Positions 18,863 to 29,109 of a stretch of DNA of 50,090 nucleotides are shown here, in pieces (position 1 is the first letter of the stretch; each line of letters starts with the position of its first letter). A program made the translations under genes and the position numbers. The stretch comes from Deltaproteobacteria bacterium. GTDB lineage: Bacteria; Desulfobacterota; JAJRXV01. The DNA lies in the NCBI GenBank assembly GCA_024275075.1, contig JAJRZU010000050.1:1-50090 (forward strand), read 5' to 3'. The notes under the pieces were generated by a model. It made no database searches. It was given only the letters and a program-made list of their open reading frames with translations, and was not told where the DNA came from.

Positions 18863-20008
18863 CTAACCTTTTTTAGTGATCTCTTTTATTGATTTTATGA
18901 AATACTCGATCTGCGCGTGGGTGTTGAAGCAGCCGAGGCTCGCGCGGACTGTACCCTGCGGGAACGACTTGATCGTCTTGTGCCCCCATGGCGAGCAGTG
19001 TACACCGACCCGCAGCAGGATATCGTATTTTGTGTCCAGTATATAACCGATATCCGAGCATGGCATCCCGCTAATGTTGAATGAGACGACGCTCGTTTGC
19101 CGCGACGGGTCGCAAACGCCGTATAAGATAACGTCGTCGATCTTTTGCAGCTCCTTTTGCAGGTGGGAGAGGAGCTCCGTCTCGATACCCCTTATCTTTT
19201 GCACAGTCTGCTCTTTGATGTACTTTATACCAGCGCCGAGCCCTGCGATCGCCGGTGCGTTCAGGGTACCGCTCTCGTATTTGTCCGGCAGGTCGTCGGG
19301 CTGGTCAGGCGCCTCGGAGTGGCTGCCGGTGCCGCCCTCCTTCATCGTATCGATATCGAGACCGTCTTTGATGTACAGGATACCGGTGCCCTGCGGCCCG
19401 AGTAGCGCTTTATGACCGGCGCAGGCGAGCATATCGATGTTCATGCTCTGTAGATCTATATCGATCACGCCGGCGGTCTGGGCGGCATCGACCATGAACA
19501 CGATACCGTGCTCCTTCGCGATCTCCCCGATTGCCTTGATATCGATTATGGTGCCGCAGATGTTTGACGCGTGTGTCAACACAATAAGGCGCGTGTTCCC
19601 GCGGATAGCGCCTTTGATATCGGCGGGGCTTAGCTCACCGGTATCGGTGCAGTGCACCATAGTGAACGTGACGCCGCGCGCGGTCAGCTTGTGGAGCGGG
19701 CGTATGACAGAGTTATGCTCCATGGAGGTCGTGATGGCGTGGTCACCGGGGTTCAACAGCCCCTTGATACCAAGGTTCAGGGCCTCTGTGGCGTTACATG
19801 TGAAGATGATGTTTTTCTCGTCAGGGGCATTGAAGAATTCCGCCGCCTCCACCCTGGTATCGTAGACGTACCTGCTCGCCTCGATCGCCATCTTGTGGCC
19901 AGAGCGCCCCGGGTTCGCCCCGACGTGTCGCATCACATGGTCTACCGTCTGATACACTTCCTCAGGTTTTGGGAATGATGTCGCGGCATTATCAAAGTAT
20001 ACCTGCAT
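18863..20008 (-). CDS. Cysteine desulfurase family protein (class V PLP aminotransferase)
   Basis: YFDNAATSFPKP, MEHNSV, DAAQTAG, GHKALLGPQG, RVGVHC. Real start is ATG 20008 with RBS AAGGA; the 5' extension in the ORF track runs through a MITE. Confidence 0.92.
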   Translation of the reverse strand: MQVYFDNAATSFPKPEEVYQTVDHVMRHVGANPGRSGHKMAIEASRYVYDTRVEAAEFFNAPDEKNIIFTCNATEALNLGIKGLLNPGDHAITTSMEHNSVIRPLHKLTARGVTFTMVHCTDTGELSPADIKGAIRGNTRLIVLTHASNICGTIIDIKAIGEIAKEHGIVFMVDAAQTAGVIDIDLQSMNIDMLACAGHKALLGPQGTGILYIKDGLDIDTMKEGGTGSHSEAPDQPDDLPDKYESGTLNAPAIAGLGAGIKYIKEQTVQKIRGIETELLSHLQKELQKIDDVILYGVCDPSRQTSVVSFNISGMPCSDIGYILDTKYDILLRVGVHCSPWGHKTIKSFPQGTVRASLGCFNTHAQIEYFIKSIKEITKKG

Positions 20009-20021
20009 AAAGTTCCTTTTA

Positions 20022-20151
20022 TGGGCAAGGTGCCCAGCCAATTTAAGGGGCTTGGCCCCTTCGCCTCCGTTGTCGGCTGCCCCGCGATATCGACAACTTA
20101 CAAAATTGCGTTTTTTACAATATGTATCTTTTCTATTTGGCGGCAGTCCTT
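20022..20151. mobile_element. MITE-like family B, 130 bp, TTA target duplication
   Basis: Co-linear with 21174-21303; flanked by TTA at 20019-20021 and 20152-20154. Confidence 0.8.
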
Positions 20152-21162
20152 TTATTTCATGAGTTTCTTTGGTTTTTGGTTCTCTTCTTTCCCATAGGGG
20201 CATAGCGGGTCTGGTTGCAGGAAAGTCTCGTTGATGAAGTAAACAACGCCGCGGCACCCCCCCTGACAATCGCTGAAGTCCAGACACCTCACGCACTTTT
20301 TGGCGAAACGCTCTTCGATCTTTTTCCTTACATCCGACCTTAGTTTGCTTCTGAAAATGGTCTTTATGTCTTTGTCCAATACGCTACCAAGGTTGACATA
20401 TAAAGATGAGCATAAATAAAGATCGCCCTTTTGGTCGATATAGCAAAGTGCGTTACCCGCCTGACAGCCGCCATATTCCATTCGCTCCTTACTCTTCCTT
20501 TTCTCAGGGAAGAATATTTTGAAGATAAACAGGTCATGAATGAAGAACCGGATGTTCGACCGGTAATAATCGACTTTCCCAGATATTAGTTCCCTGAGGT
20601 TTTTCAGGTCATCAAAAGTCAGCAGTTGCTGCGATATCTCCTCGGCGGCTCTGTTGTTGATAAAAGTGTTCGGCATCTTAAAGTATTTGATCCCGCGCTT
20701 TATAAAGTAGTCCAGCAATTAAGGCAATAGCTTATAATTATCCGCAGTTACCACAAGCGAAGGGCATACCTTGTCAGTAACGTTCAGGTACATCTTCAAT
20801 GTTTTATTGATCTTGTCCAGGTGCTTTTTGTTTCTCTTTATAGTAGCGATGTGCGGGTTCAGCTTAAACTCAAGGAAGTCGAGCTTATGCTCATTCAGGA
20901 ATCCTAAGTCCTTTTTATCCTTGATGATATTAGACGATGACAGCGAAAGCTTTATCTTAGCGTCCTGAAATTTTTCAAGCAGTTCGTTAAGATGCTCATA
21001 GTTTAAGATATCTTCACCTAAATTGACGAAAAAGGGTCTGCCCGCGAGGATCCTGCCCGCAATCTTGAATATATCTTCCTTTTGTAAGATATCATCTGAA
21101 GAGTGCTTGAAATTTACGTCCCAGTAGACTCTAAGCGGTGCATCAAGTTTTGATATTTTCAT
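20152..21162 (-). pseudogene. SPASM-domain protein lacking the radical SAM CxxxCxxC (GeoRSP-SPASM-like), split by an in-frame TAA at 20719-20721
   Basis: The two ORFs abut in one frame (...YKLLP*LLDYF...). N-terminus LDAPLRVYWD; C-terminal SPASM CQAG...YLC...CVRCLDFSDCQGGC...PDPLC. Confidence 0.75.
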
Positions 21163-21173
21163 GGTTTTCTATA

Positions 21174-21303
21174 AGGGCATGATGCCCAATTCAATTTAAG
21201 GGGCTTGCCCCCTTCGCCTCCGTTGTCGGCTGCCCCGCAATATCAACAACCTGCAAAGTTGCATTTGTGGCGGCGCGTATTTTTCTATCTGGCAAGTGTC
21301 CCT
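21174..21303. mobile_element. MITE-like family B, 130 bp, ATA target duplication
   Basis: AGGGCATGATGCCCAAT...ATCTGGCAAGTGTCCCT imperfect terminal inverted repeats; ATA at 21171-21173 and 21304-21306. Confidence 0.8.
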
Positions 21304-22660
21304 ATAAGTAATCGACGATATTTATTCCGATAAAAGTCGGGTCTACCGCTGAAACGACCGACTTTAGCTTCTTGCCGTCAGCGCCATCTGTATCTCGTAA
21401 ATCGGTCTCAACAATATCGGTCAGCTTATTCCCTTCTCGATCTATGACTATCTTTACTACCGGTGACTCAAAGTCATCCACGTTCTGTTTTGTGACAAGC
21501 GCCACCTCGTTGGTATCGAGCCGGACAAACGAACCGGTTGGGAACACGCCCAATATCTCAATGAATTTCCTGAGGATATTCTTCTCGAAGTGCTTGCCTT
21601 CAAACCGCAGCATGATATCTATCGCGTCCTTTGGCGTCACCGGCGCCTGATACGTTCTCAAGGTAGTCACCGCATCGTAAGTATCCGCCGTGGTGATGAT
21701 CGTAGCATGAGGGTTAAGCTGAAAATCAGCGGGTACTGTAGGATATCCATTTTTATTGTAATGTATATGATGCTGGTGCACCATTTCCTTGACATTAGTA
21801 CTGATATCTCTCATCTTCTCTAATATCTCCACACCATTTTCAGGGTGCAGCTTGATCGCCATAAACTCCTCTTCGGTCAACTTGCCCGGTTTCTTTATAA
21901 TCGATTTTGCCGTCAATGTCTTCCCGATATCGTGCAGGAGGCCGGCGATACCGATTTCATTAATATCTTTCTCACTGATGTTCAGCGACTTCGCGATCGC
22001 GATAGCCAATATGCTGACATTTACAGAATGGTTGAAAGTGTAGTTATCATAATCCTTTATCATCGTCAGGCAAAGCATGGCGTTATGGTCGGTAAAGACA
22101 ATATCAACGATGTCCTTGACGACTTTGCGCGACCTCTCCGCTCTTGGTATCTGCCCTAACCGCACTTCATCAAAAGTGGCTTTAACAACGTCTATCGCCT
22201 CGGAGTGTACCTTTTTCGCTCGTTCTAATATGTCATCTTCATCGACATATACTACTGTAATACTTTGAATATCTTTCTTTTTCAGCTCTTTCCTTATTGC
22301 GCCGGTCTGTGCTAATGACGGGTCAGGGTTTGCGATCAGCGACAGCGCCTCAAGCAGGTCATCGCTTGTAAAACCTCTTGAGATACTGACAGATACAAGA
22401 TTCTTCTCCTCTAATTGAGATATGAAGCGTTTTACAACCGCGCTCTCATCGTAGAACACGAAGTCCTCGATATGTAAGAGCCCGTTAAGTATGCCGAATA
22501 TCACAACTTCCCGCTTCTTGTGTATCTCCTTGATGATAGCGGTGACAGTGCTAAGCGGCGTCATTATTGCCGGATGCGTACCAGGGTATAACTGCGACCC
22601 TTTCGCGATCGCGGTAAAACTCTTTACAATGTCTTCACCTATGTCGTTTAAATCAGGCAT
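21302..22660 (-). CDS. HD-GYP domain cyclic-dinucleotide phosphodiesterase
   Basis: YTFNHSVNV, LLHDIGK, HH...NGYP, ADTYDA motifs. Confidence 0.9.
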   Translation of the reverse strand: MPDLNDIGEDIVKSFTAIAKGSQLYPGTHPAIMTPLSTVTAIIKEIHKKREVVIFGILNGLLHIEDFVFYDESAVVKRFISQLEEKNLVSVSISRGFTSDDLLEALSLIANPDPSLAQTGAIRKELKKKDIQSITVVYVDEDDILERAKKVHSEAIDVVKATFDEVRLGQIPRAERSRKVVKDIVDIVFTDHNAMLCLTMIKDYDNYTFNHSVNVSILAIAIAKSLNISEKDINEIGIAGLLHDIGKTLTAKSIIKKPGKLTEEEFMAIKLHPENGVEILEKMRDISTNVKEMVHQHHIHYNKNGYPTVPADFQLNPHATIITTADTYDAVTTLRTYQAPVTPKDAIDIMLRFEGKHFEKNILRKFIEILGVFPTGSFVRLDTNEVALVTKQNVDDFESPVVKIVIDREGNKLTDIVETDLRDTDGADGKKLKSVVSAVDPTFIGINIVDYL

Positions 22661-24340
22661 TTAGTCTTCTTCTTCTTCTTTCATTTTTGATATGACTTTG
22701 TGCAACATCTCCTTACATGTCTTTTTGATATGAGGGTTATGTGAGTTGACCCCGATCTCAAGAGCCTGGATAGCTTCCTCGCCACCCACCTCGGCAATCG
22801 AATGCGCGGCCAAAACACGTATCTCATTATTATCATCTTTACCAAAGAAGCTGATATCCTTCAGCAAAGCTAAAAGCGGCGGAATAGCTTTATAAGAACC
22901 GGTCCTGCCAAGCGCGATCACCGCGGACTTTCTTATACCCATATCGCTTTTTTTGAACAGCCCCTTTTTTGCCAGACCGATCAGGTACGGGATCGATAAA
23001 TCAAACTGAAGCTGCCCGATGGAAATAATTGCCGGTTTAAGCAGGCTCTTGTCGGCGGATTTCACTGTGTACATCAAAAGGTCTAAGGAGTCCGGGCTCC
23101 CGATATTGCCAAGAGCCTTGATCACTTCTCTTTGAATCCGGGTATCAGGGCTGTTTAGCAATGGAATCAGGTAGTTTAGGGCAGCGTTCAGCCCTGTCCT
23201 GCCCAGAGCGGAGATTACCGTGCACGCCACGTACCAGTTGTTGTCATTCAGCCATGGCTCTAACTGTGGCAACGCCTCCTTACCAAATACAGCGATAGCG
23301 TCCGCGATATTGTACCTTGTGTTTATATCACGTTTCTGCATAAGGTACCCAAGCAGCAGCGGTATGCAGTGTTCACCATAGTTCTTGAAAAACGTCAGGT
23401 ACTTTTCTTTATTGCGAACGGTATCGGCGCCCATCTCCTCTATCGCAAGGTTGATTACATCAGGTGAAGTGATAACAGACAACCTTGATAATATCAGTTC
23501 GCGCTGCTGCGGAAATTTTGGGATTGGCAGCGTCGCGAGCGATGAGAGAAAGAGAGCGACCTTTAGAATAATGTTGAATTTCTTCGCGTTTTTCAGGTGA
23601 TGGCACATATTTGCGATTTTATTTAGTTTTTCATCATAAGCGCTTGAGTTGGTCTCGCTGGTCAGCTCCTTTAACAACTCAAAAAGCGCTTTATCAGAAA
23701 CGAAGACCTCTTTTAAATCAGCAAGAGCTTTGCCCTCCTCGTCATCATGCAGGTCATCGAAGACCTCTTCTAATAACTCTTCCTTCTCCTTCGGGTGGTC
23801 TAAAAACTCATCAAACGCGCCGTCATCAAGCCCGTCGTCCTCTTGCGCATCCTCTTCCTCGTCTGGCGGCAATTCCTCTTGCATATCCTTTTGACGCTTC
23901 AAGTCTATCAACTTCTGGTAATTCACCTCGTTTGCCCAGATATTACCGATCTCTTTCTATAAGAGCGCAGCCTCTATCCCGCCGGCTTTTCGTATGCTTT
24001 TCGGGTCTTGGGACAGTATCTGAAAAAAGTTTGTCATCTCCTCATCAGTAACATCTTTCATGAAGAAGATCGTAGAGATGTTCCGCGAGAAGAATTCCTT
24101 TGCAAATAACGCGAAACTATTGTTATTCTTACCAACGACTTCACCGTTATACTCAAACGCGCTTCGTGTAACCAAGAAACTTATGTCATCCCCGTCACCC
24201 GCGTTGGTCTTGATGCACTCGATCGCGCTTCTGATAGCGGCCGTCAGGGCGGGGTGCTCCTCCGGGTAGAATTGCACCGCCTTGTAAGCTTTGCTTAACT
24301 CGATCAACAGCTCCACATTTTTCTTCGCCGTAGTCCCCAT
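22661..24340 (-). pseudogene. HEAT-repeat protein interrupted by an in-frame TAG at 23957-23959
   Basis: The frame continues across the stop (GGIEAALL*KEIGNIWANEVNYQKL). The N-terminal domain (FYPEEHP) resembles the N-terminus of the adjacent HD-GYP protein (LYPGTHP); C-terminal HEAT/PBS repeats. Confidence 0.75.
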
Positions 24341-24343
24341 TAA

Positions 24344-25732
24344 TTACCCTACATCATTTAGTTTTCTTGCCCGAAACCCTACGCCTAACGTCTGGTGCGC
24401 TATCTTTTCACACGCCAGCACATCGATCCCGGGCATATCAACAACAGTCACAGTCACACAAGGGATCACTTCTTTCGCCCGCAGGATAAAACTCTTTACC
24501 CCATTATACGCTTCTTTCCCAAAAATGGAATGACAAAATTTATCGTATTTTTCTTCACTCTCAGCATTCAGGCTAATCGAGATCATATCGACAATGCCTT
24601 TTAGTGACGGTAAAATGTTCCTCTTATGGATCATGTTACCCTGACCGTTCGTGTTTATCCTGACCTTACCGCCCTTTTGTTTCACATACTTGGCTATTTC
24701 AATAACATTCTTTAGTTTTATCAGCGGCTCACCGTAACCGCAGAAAACGACCTCATCATACTTTGACGGATCACCTATGAGCTTAATGACATCATCAACA
24801 GAAGGTTCGTTATCCAGTTTCAGGTTATGCCCCTTTACCACGAAAGATCGTGACCTTGCGCAAAAAGAGCAGTCATTTGTGCAATCATTCGTCAAGTTAA
24901 CATACAAGGAGTTCCTGATCTTGTATACTATTTCAGCATCAATTTCAGCGGCATCCTCTTTTTTTTTTGCACCAAATAGGGAATGAAAATTCCTTGCCGT
25001 TATCCTCGCGACATCCTCTACGCTCAAGCCTTTTATCTTAGCGATAAACTTCGCCACCTCTTTGACATAACAAGGTTCGTTCCTTTTGCCGCGAAACGGT
25101 ACGGGTGTCAGGTACGGCGCGTCGGTTTCTATTAGTATAATATCAGTTGAGATATTTTTCAAGGCTTCAACTTGTTTATAAGAATTTTTATAGGTGATCG
25201 AGCACGAGAACGAGATGTGAAACCCCAAGTCGATAAACTTCTTCGCGTGTTCAGAATCCGAAGAGAAGCAGTGGATCACCCCGCCCTTTTTGATCTTCCC
25301 CTTCTTCTTCAGGAAAATCTCATAACATTCTTCATAAGCGTCCCTTATGTGGACGATAAGCGGCAGGGCAAGCTCATCGGCCAGATCTATTTGAGATATG
25401 AAATGTTCGAGCTGAAGATCCTTCGGTGAGTAATTTTTGAAAAAATCAAGCCCGATCTCACCGTAAGCCGCTACATCATACTTCTTTACAAGCGCAGTCA
25501 GGTTCTTATACGTCGCGGGTGTCACAGTCTTGACATCGTGCGGGTGGATACCGACGCTCGCGCGCAGAAAGTCGTGCTGGAGGGCGAGCTTCACGCCAGA
25601 TGCGGAATCCTTCTCATTAGACCCGACAAGCATGATATTGTCTATGCCTTCACTGACCGATCTTATAAGGACAGCGTCAAGATCCTTCTTATAGTGAGGC
25701 AGCTGCAAATGAGCGTGAGAATCGACAAACAT
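24344..25732 (-). CDS. tatD: TatD DNase fused to a TatD-associated radical SAM domain
   Basis: DSHAH, GEIGLD and ETDAPY motifs; C-terminal LYVNLTNDCTNDCSFC and EVVFCGYGEP. Confidence 0.92.
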   Translation of the reverse strand: MFVDSHAHLQLPHYKKDLDAVLIRSVSEGIDNIMLVGSNEKDSASGVKLALQHDFLRASVGIHPHDVKTVTPATYKNLTALVKKYDVAAYGEIGLDFFKNYSPKDLQLEHFISQIDLADELALPLIVHIRDAYEECYEIFLKKKGKIKKGGVIHCFSSDSEHAKKFIDLGFHISFSCSITYKNSYKQVEALKNISTDIILIETDAPYLTPVPFRGKRNEPCYVKEVAKFIAKIKGLSVEDVARITARNFHSLFGAKKKEDAAEIDAEIVYKIRNSLYVNLTNDCTNDCSFCARSRSFVVKGHNLKLDNEPSVDDVIKLIGDPSKYDEVVFCGYGEPLIKLKNVIEIAKYVKQKGGKVRINTNGQGNMIHKRNILPSLKGIVDMISISLNAESEEKYDKFCHSIFGKEAYNGVKSFILRAKEVIPCVTVTVVDMPGIDVLACEKIAHQTLGVGFRARKLNDVG

Positions 25733-25733
25733 A

Positions 25734-27278
25734 TTACTCCCTCTTTTGCTCAATTCTCGGGAAGAGTACCTCAGGCTTATCTATCTTTGTGCCTGATTCT
25801 ATCCCGCCAAAATTACTGCTGTATTTCAGGTTAATATCCGACATGTCGTAATTTGAGTTAAGATGCTCTAATATCTTCACCGCGGATTCTGGTATGAACG
25901 GATAGATGAAAAGCGCGATCACGCGGATGCAGTCAAGCGCGGCATAGAGCACCGTCCCTAATCTGCCGGCTTTCTTCGGCTCCTTGGCCAGGCTCCATGG
26001 CGCCATATCATCGATATATTTATTGATCGCCGAAATAAATTCAAATATAGATATCAAAGCCTTGTTCATTGCAAGGGCATCCATGTGAATCTCTAACTGG
26101 AGATAGACTTCCTCCTTCTTCGCTATGAGCGCTTTCTCGCTCTGTGTGATCTCCGATACTTTTGGTATGACCCTGTCAAAGTACTTTACGACCATAGAGC
26201 ATACGCGGCTGAACAGGTTCCCCAGATCGTTCGCCAGGTCACTGTTTATTCTATGAATCAGGGCATGTTTGGAGAAGTCGCCGTCAAGTCCGAATGGTAC
26301 CTCCCGAAGCAGGAAATACCTTATCTGATCCACACCATAAGTCTGAACCAGCATATTCGGGTCTACCGCGTTTCGCAGCGACTTGCTCATCTTCTTCCCC
26401 TCAACAGTCCACCAGCCGTGCGCGAAGACCCTCTTTGGCGGCTCGATGCCGGCGGCAAAAAGGAACGTAGTCCAGTACACGGCGTGGAACCTGAGGATAT
26501 CCTTACCGATAACGTGCACATCCGCAGGCCAGTACTTGTTGAACATCCTGTCATCGGCCCTGTAACCGATACCTGAGAGGTAGTTCAGCAAGGCGTCGAA
26601 CCAGACATAAACGACGTGCTTGTCGTTCCCGGGAACGGGTACGCCCCAGGAAAATGTGGTCCTGCTTATGCTAAGATCCCTAAGCCCCTCTTTGATAAAG
26701 CTCAATATCTCGTTACGCCTTGATGCCGGTGCGATGAAGTCAGGATTGTCCTGAATATACTGCGAGAGCCTGTCCTGATATTTCGACATCCTAAAGAAAT
26801 AGCTCTCCTCTTTGAGCTTGTGCGGGTCACGGTTGCAGTCCGGGCATTTGCCGTCCGCCAACTGCTTTTCCGTCCAGAATGTCTCACACGGCGTACAGTA
26901 CCAGTCCTCATATTCACCAAGGTAGATATCACCGGCATCTAACACCTTTTTGAAGATATCCTGCACCACTTGCTTATGCCTGTCCTGAGACGTTCTGATA
27001 AAATCGTTGTTAGAGATATTCAGCTTCTCCCACAACTGCTGGTACCTTTTGACGACCCTGTCGGCAAGCTCTATCGGTGCCTCACCGTTAGCTTTCGCGG
27101 CGTTCTCCACCTTCTGGCCATGCTCATCGGCACCGGTCAGGAAGAACACATTGCACCCCATCATCCGCTTATAGCGCGCCAAAGCATCGCAGGCGATCGT
27201 AGTATACGCGTGCCCGATGTGCGGGACATCGTTTACATAGTATATCGGCGTTGTGATATAAAACTTTTTCGTCATCAA
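25734..27278 (-). CDS. metG: Methionine--tRNA ligase (short form)
   Basis: ITTPIYYVN, HIGH, KMSKS and YVWFDAL motifs. Confidence 0.98.
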   Translation of the reverse strand: MMTKKFYITTPIYYVNDVPHIGHAYTTIACDALARYKRMMGCNVFFLTGADEHGQKVENAAKANGEAPIELADRVVKRYQQLWEKLNISNNDFIRTSQDRHKQVVQDIFKKVLDAGDIYLGEYEDWYCTPCETFWTEKQLADGKCPDCNRDPHKLKEESYFFRMSKYQDRLSQYIQDNPDFIAPASRRNEILSFIKEGLRDLSISRTTFSWGVPVPGNDKHVVYVWFDALLNYLSGIGYRADDRMFNKYWPADVHVIGKDILRFHAVYWTTFLFAAGIEPPKRVFAHGWWTVEGKKMSKSLRNAVDPNMLVQTYGVDQIRYFLLREVPFGLDGDFSKHALIHRINSDLANDLGNLFSRVCSMVVKYFDRVIPKVSEITQSEKALIAKKEEVYLQLEIHMDALAMNKALISIFEFISAINKYIDDMAPWSLAKEPKKAGRLGTVLYAALDCIRVIALFIYPFIPESAVKILEHLNSNYDMSDINLKYSSNFGGIESGTKIDKPEVLFPRIEQKRE

Positions 27279-27299
27279 AACTCCTGTAATAGAATTCTT

Positions 27300-28112
27300 T
27301 TAAGTTCGCTCTTTTTTTATGACCTGAATGTCCTCAACGCTGATGGTCTTCTCCTCACCAGTTTCTAAAATTACGAGGACCCTGTTGTTCAGGATCTCCT
27401 GCCGGATTACCTTACCGGCGCCAAAAGGTGTCTCCACTTTCTTCCCGCACTTTGGGAACCCCTTTTTCAGCCTGATGTAAGTGCTGTGCTCATAGGCGAG
27501 GCAGCACATCAACCTGCCGCAGGCGCCGGAGATCTTCATCGGGTTCAACGCGAGGTTCTGCTCCTTCGCCATCCTGACGGAGACCGGTTCAAATGAGCTG
27601 AGGAATGATGTGCAGCAAAATTCCCTGCCACAGTTACCGACGCCGCCGGTCATCTTCGCTTCGTCCCTCACCCCGATCTGCCGCATCTCTATCCTTGTGT
27701 GGAAATTATGCGCCAAATCCTTTACCAGCTCCCTGAAATCGACCCGATCCGCGGCGGTGAAATAGAAGATCGCCTTGCTCTCGTCGATCAGGAACTCTAC
27801 CCTCACAAGTTTCATGACGAGCTTGTGCTCAGTTATCTTCTCAAGGCATACATTGAACGCTTCCTTTTCCCTTTCCCTAAGCTCCTCATATTTCTCAAGA
27901 TCCTCTTCGGTAGCTTTCCTTATCAACTTGAATTCAGTGACAAATTTCTCGCTTTCGGTTTTTCTTTTCGCACACACGACCTTTGCCATCTTAGGCCCCT
28001 GGTTTGTCTTGACAACGATATACTCACCAGGAGCGATCTCGACATCAGTGGCCTCGACCCAGGCGGCGCTACAGTTACACCTTGTATTTATCTTTATTAG
28101 TTCCATTCCCAT
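27300..28112 (-). CDS. ricT: PSP1/YaaT family protein
   Basis: RVDFRELVK, RQIGVRDEA, CGREFCC and CGRLMCCL motifs. Confidence 0.9.
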   Translation of the reverse strand: MGMELIKINTRCNCSAAWVEATDVEIAPGEYIVVKTNQGPKMAKVVCAKRKTESEKFVTEFKLIRKATEEDLEKYEELREREKEAFNVCLEKITEHKLVMKLVRVEFLIDESKAIFYFTAADRVDFRELVKDLAHNFHTRIEMRQIGVRDEAKMTGGVGNCGREFCCTSFLSSFEPVSVRMAKEQNLALNPMKISGACGRLMCCLAYEHSTYIRLKKGFPKCGKKVETPFGAGKVIRQEILNNRVLVILETGEEKTISVEDIQVIKKERT

Positions 28113-28116
28113 TCCT

Positions 28117-29109
28117 TTATGTACACAGCTCTATCATCATCGATTCAACAGCAAGCCTCTTATTGACATTTGCCATCACAGAGCTTTGTATCTGATTCAT
28201 AATATTTATTTTTTCAAAGAGTTCATCCTTAGTCAAGCGTGAAGATATTCTCATTATATCCTTAACAATATCCTTATTTATCAGATCATCCTTAAGTCCG
28301 GTTTGAAGCATCGCCGCATCCCTGTAAAAAGTCTTGATTATCTCTATCGTCTGCACCAACAGCTCTTTGTCAGAGCCGGACAGTTCGTTGCTGAAGCTTA
28401 TTATCCCCGCCAGGTTGTTTAATGACGCCTCCTTGACTCTCTTTACAAGCTCCCTTCTTAGCTGTATGATCTTAGAAAAATCAGAGTACTCAATTTTCGC
28501 GAAACTCCCCTGCAAAAAAGCTGATATAACCTGCGCTTCGTCACCGCCAAGAGCATACCGCCTGATTAATTCTCCTGTGATATCCGCATCCTTGAGCGGA
28601 TTGAACCTCAGCTTCTGGCACCTTGAAACGATAGTCGGTAATAACATGTTAATCTTCGATGTGACCAAGATTATTACCGTATCGCGGGCAGGTTCCTCAA
28701 GCGTTTTTAATAGGGCGTTTGCGGCCTCGACCCGCAATTTTTCCGTTTCATCTATTATACAGAATTTAAACTTAGCTTCATATTTACCATATTGCAGTTT
28801 TCTTTGCAAATCCCTTATCATGTCGATCTTTATCACGGACTTTTCCGGGGAGATAATCAACATATCAGGGTGGTTACCCGCCTGTATCTTTCTGCATGGC
28901 GCGCAAAAAGAGCAGGAATCACCAGCATTGCCGCTTGAGCCTGACGAGTTCTCACAAAAAACATACTGGGCAAACGCCTTCGCGACGGTCTTCTTACCTA
29001 TCTCATCAGGCCCGTAGAAGAGATACGCATGAGCAAGCCTGTCAGAACGGTAGGCATTTATCATCTGCTCTATCTGCTCGTTATGACCAACTATATCATC
29101 GATTTTCAT
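28117..29109 (-). CDS. holB: DNA polymerase III subunit delta'
   Basis: HAYLFYGP, HPD, AANALLKTLEEP and TIVSRC motifs. Confidence 0.93.
   Translation of the reverse strand: MKIDDIVGHNEQIEQMINAYRSDRLAHAYLFYGPDEIGKKTVAKAFAQYVFCENSSGSSGNAGDSCSFCAPCRKIQAGNHPDMLIISPEKSVIKIDMIRDLQRKLQYGKYEAKFKFCIIDETEKLRVEAANALLKTLEEPARDTVIILVTSKINMLLPTIVSRCQKLRFNPLKDADITGELIRRYALGGDEAQVISAFLQGSFAKIEYSDFSKIIQLRRELVKRVKEASLNNLAGIISFSNELSGSDKELLVQTIEIIKTFYRDAAMLQTGLKDDLINKDIVKDIMRISSRLTKDELFEKINIMNQIQSSVMANVNKRLAVESMMIELCT

Noticed and set aside
20009-20296. 95-aa N-terminal extension of the cysteine desulfurase
   Set aside because: It runs through the MITE and the SPASM gene; family homology and an RBS point to ATG 20008.
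20719-23959. Genome-wide stop-codon reassignment
   Set aside because: The two internal stops are different codons, and TAG, TAA and TGA all end full-length conserved genes here (e.g. TAG for DUF151, the PHP gene and HD-GYP; TAA for metG; TGA for deoB).
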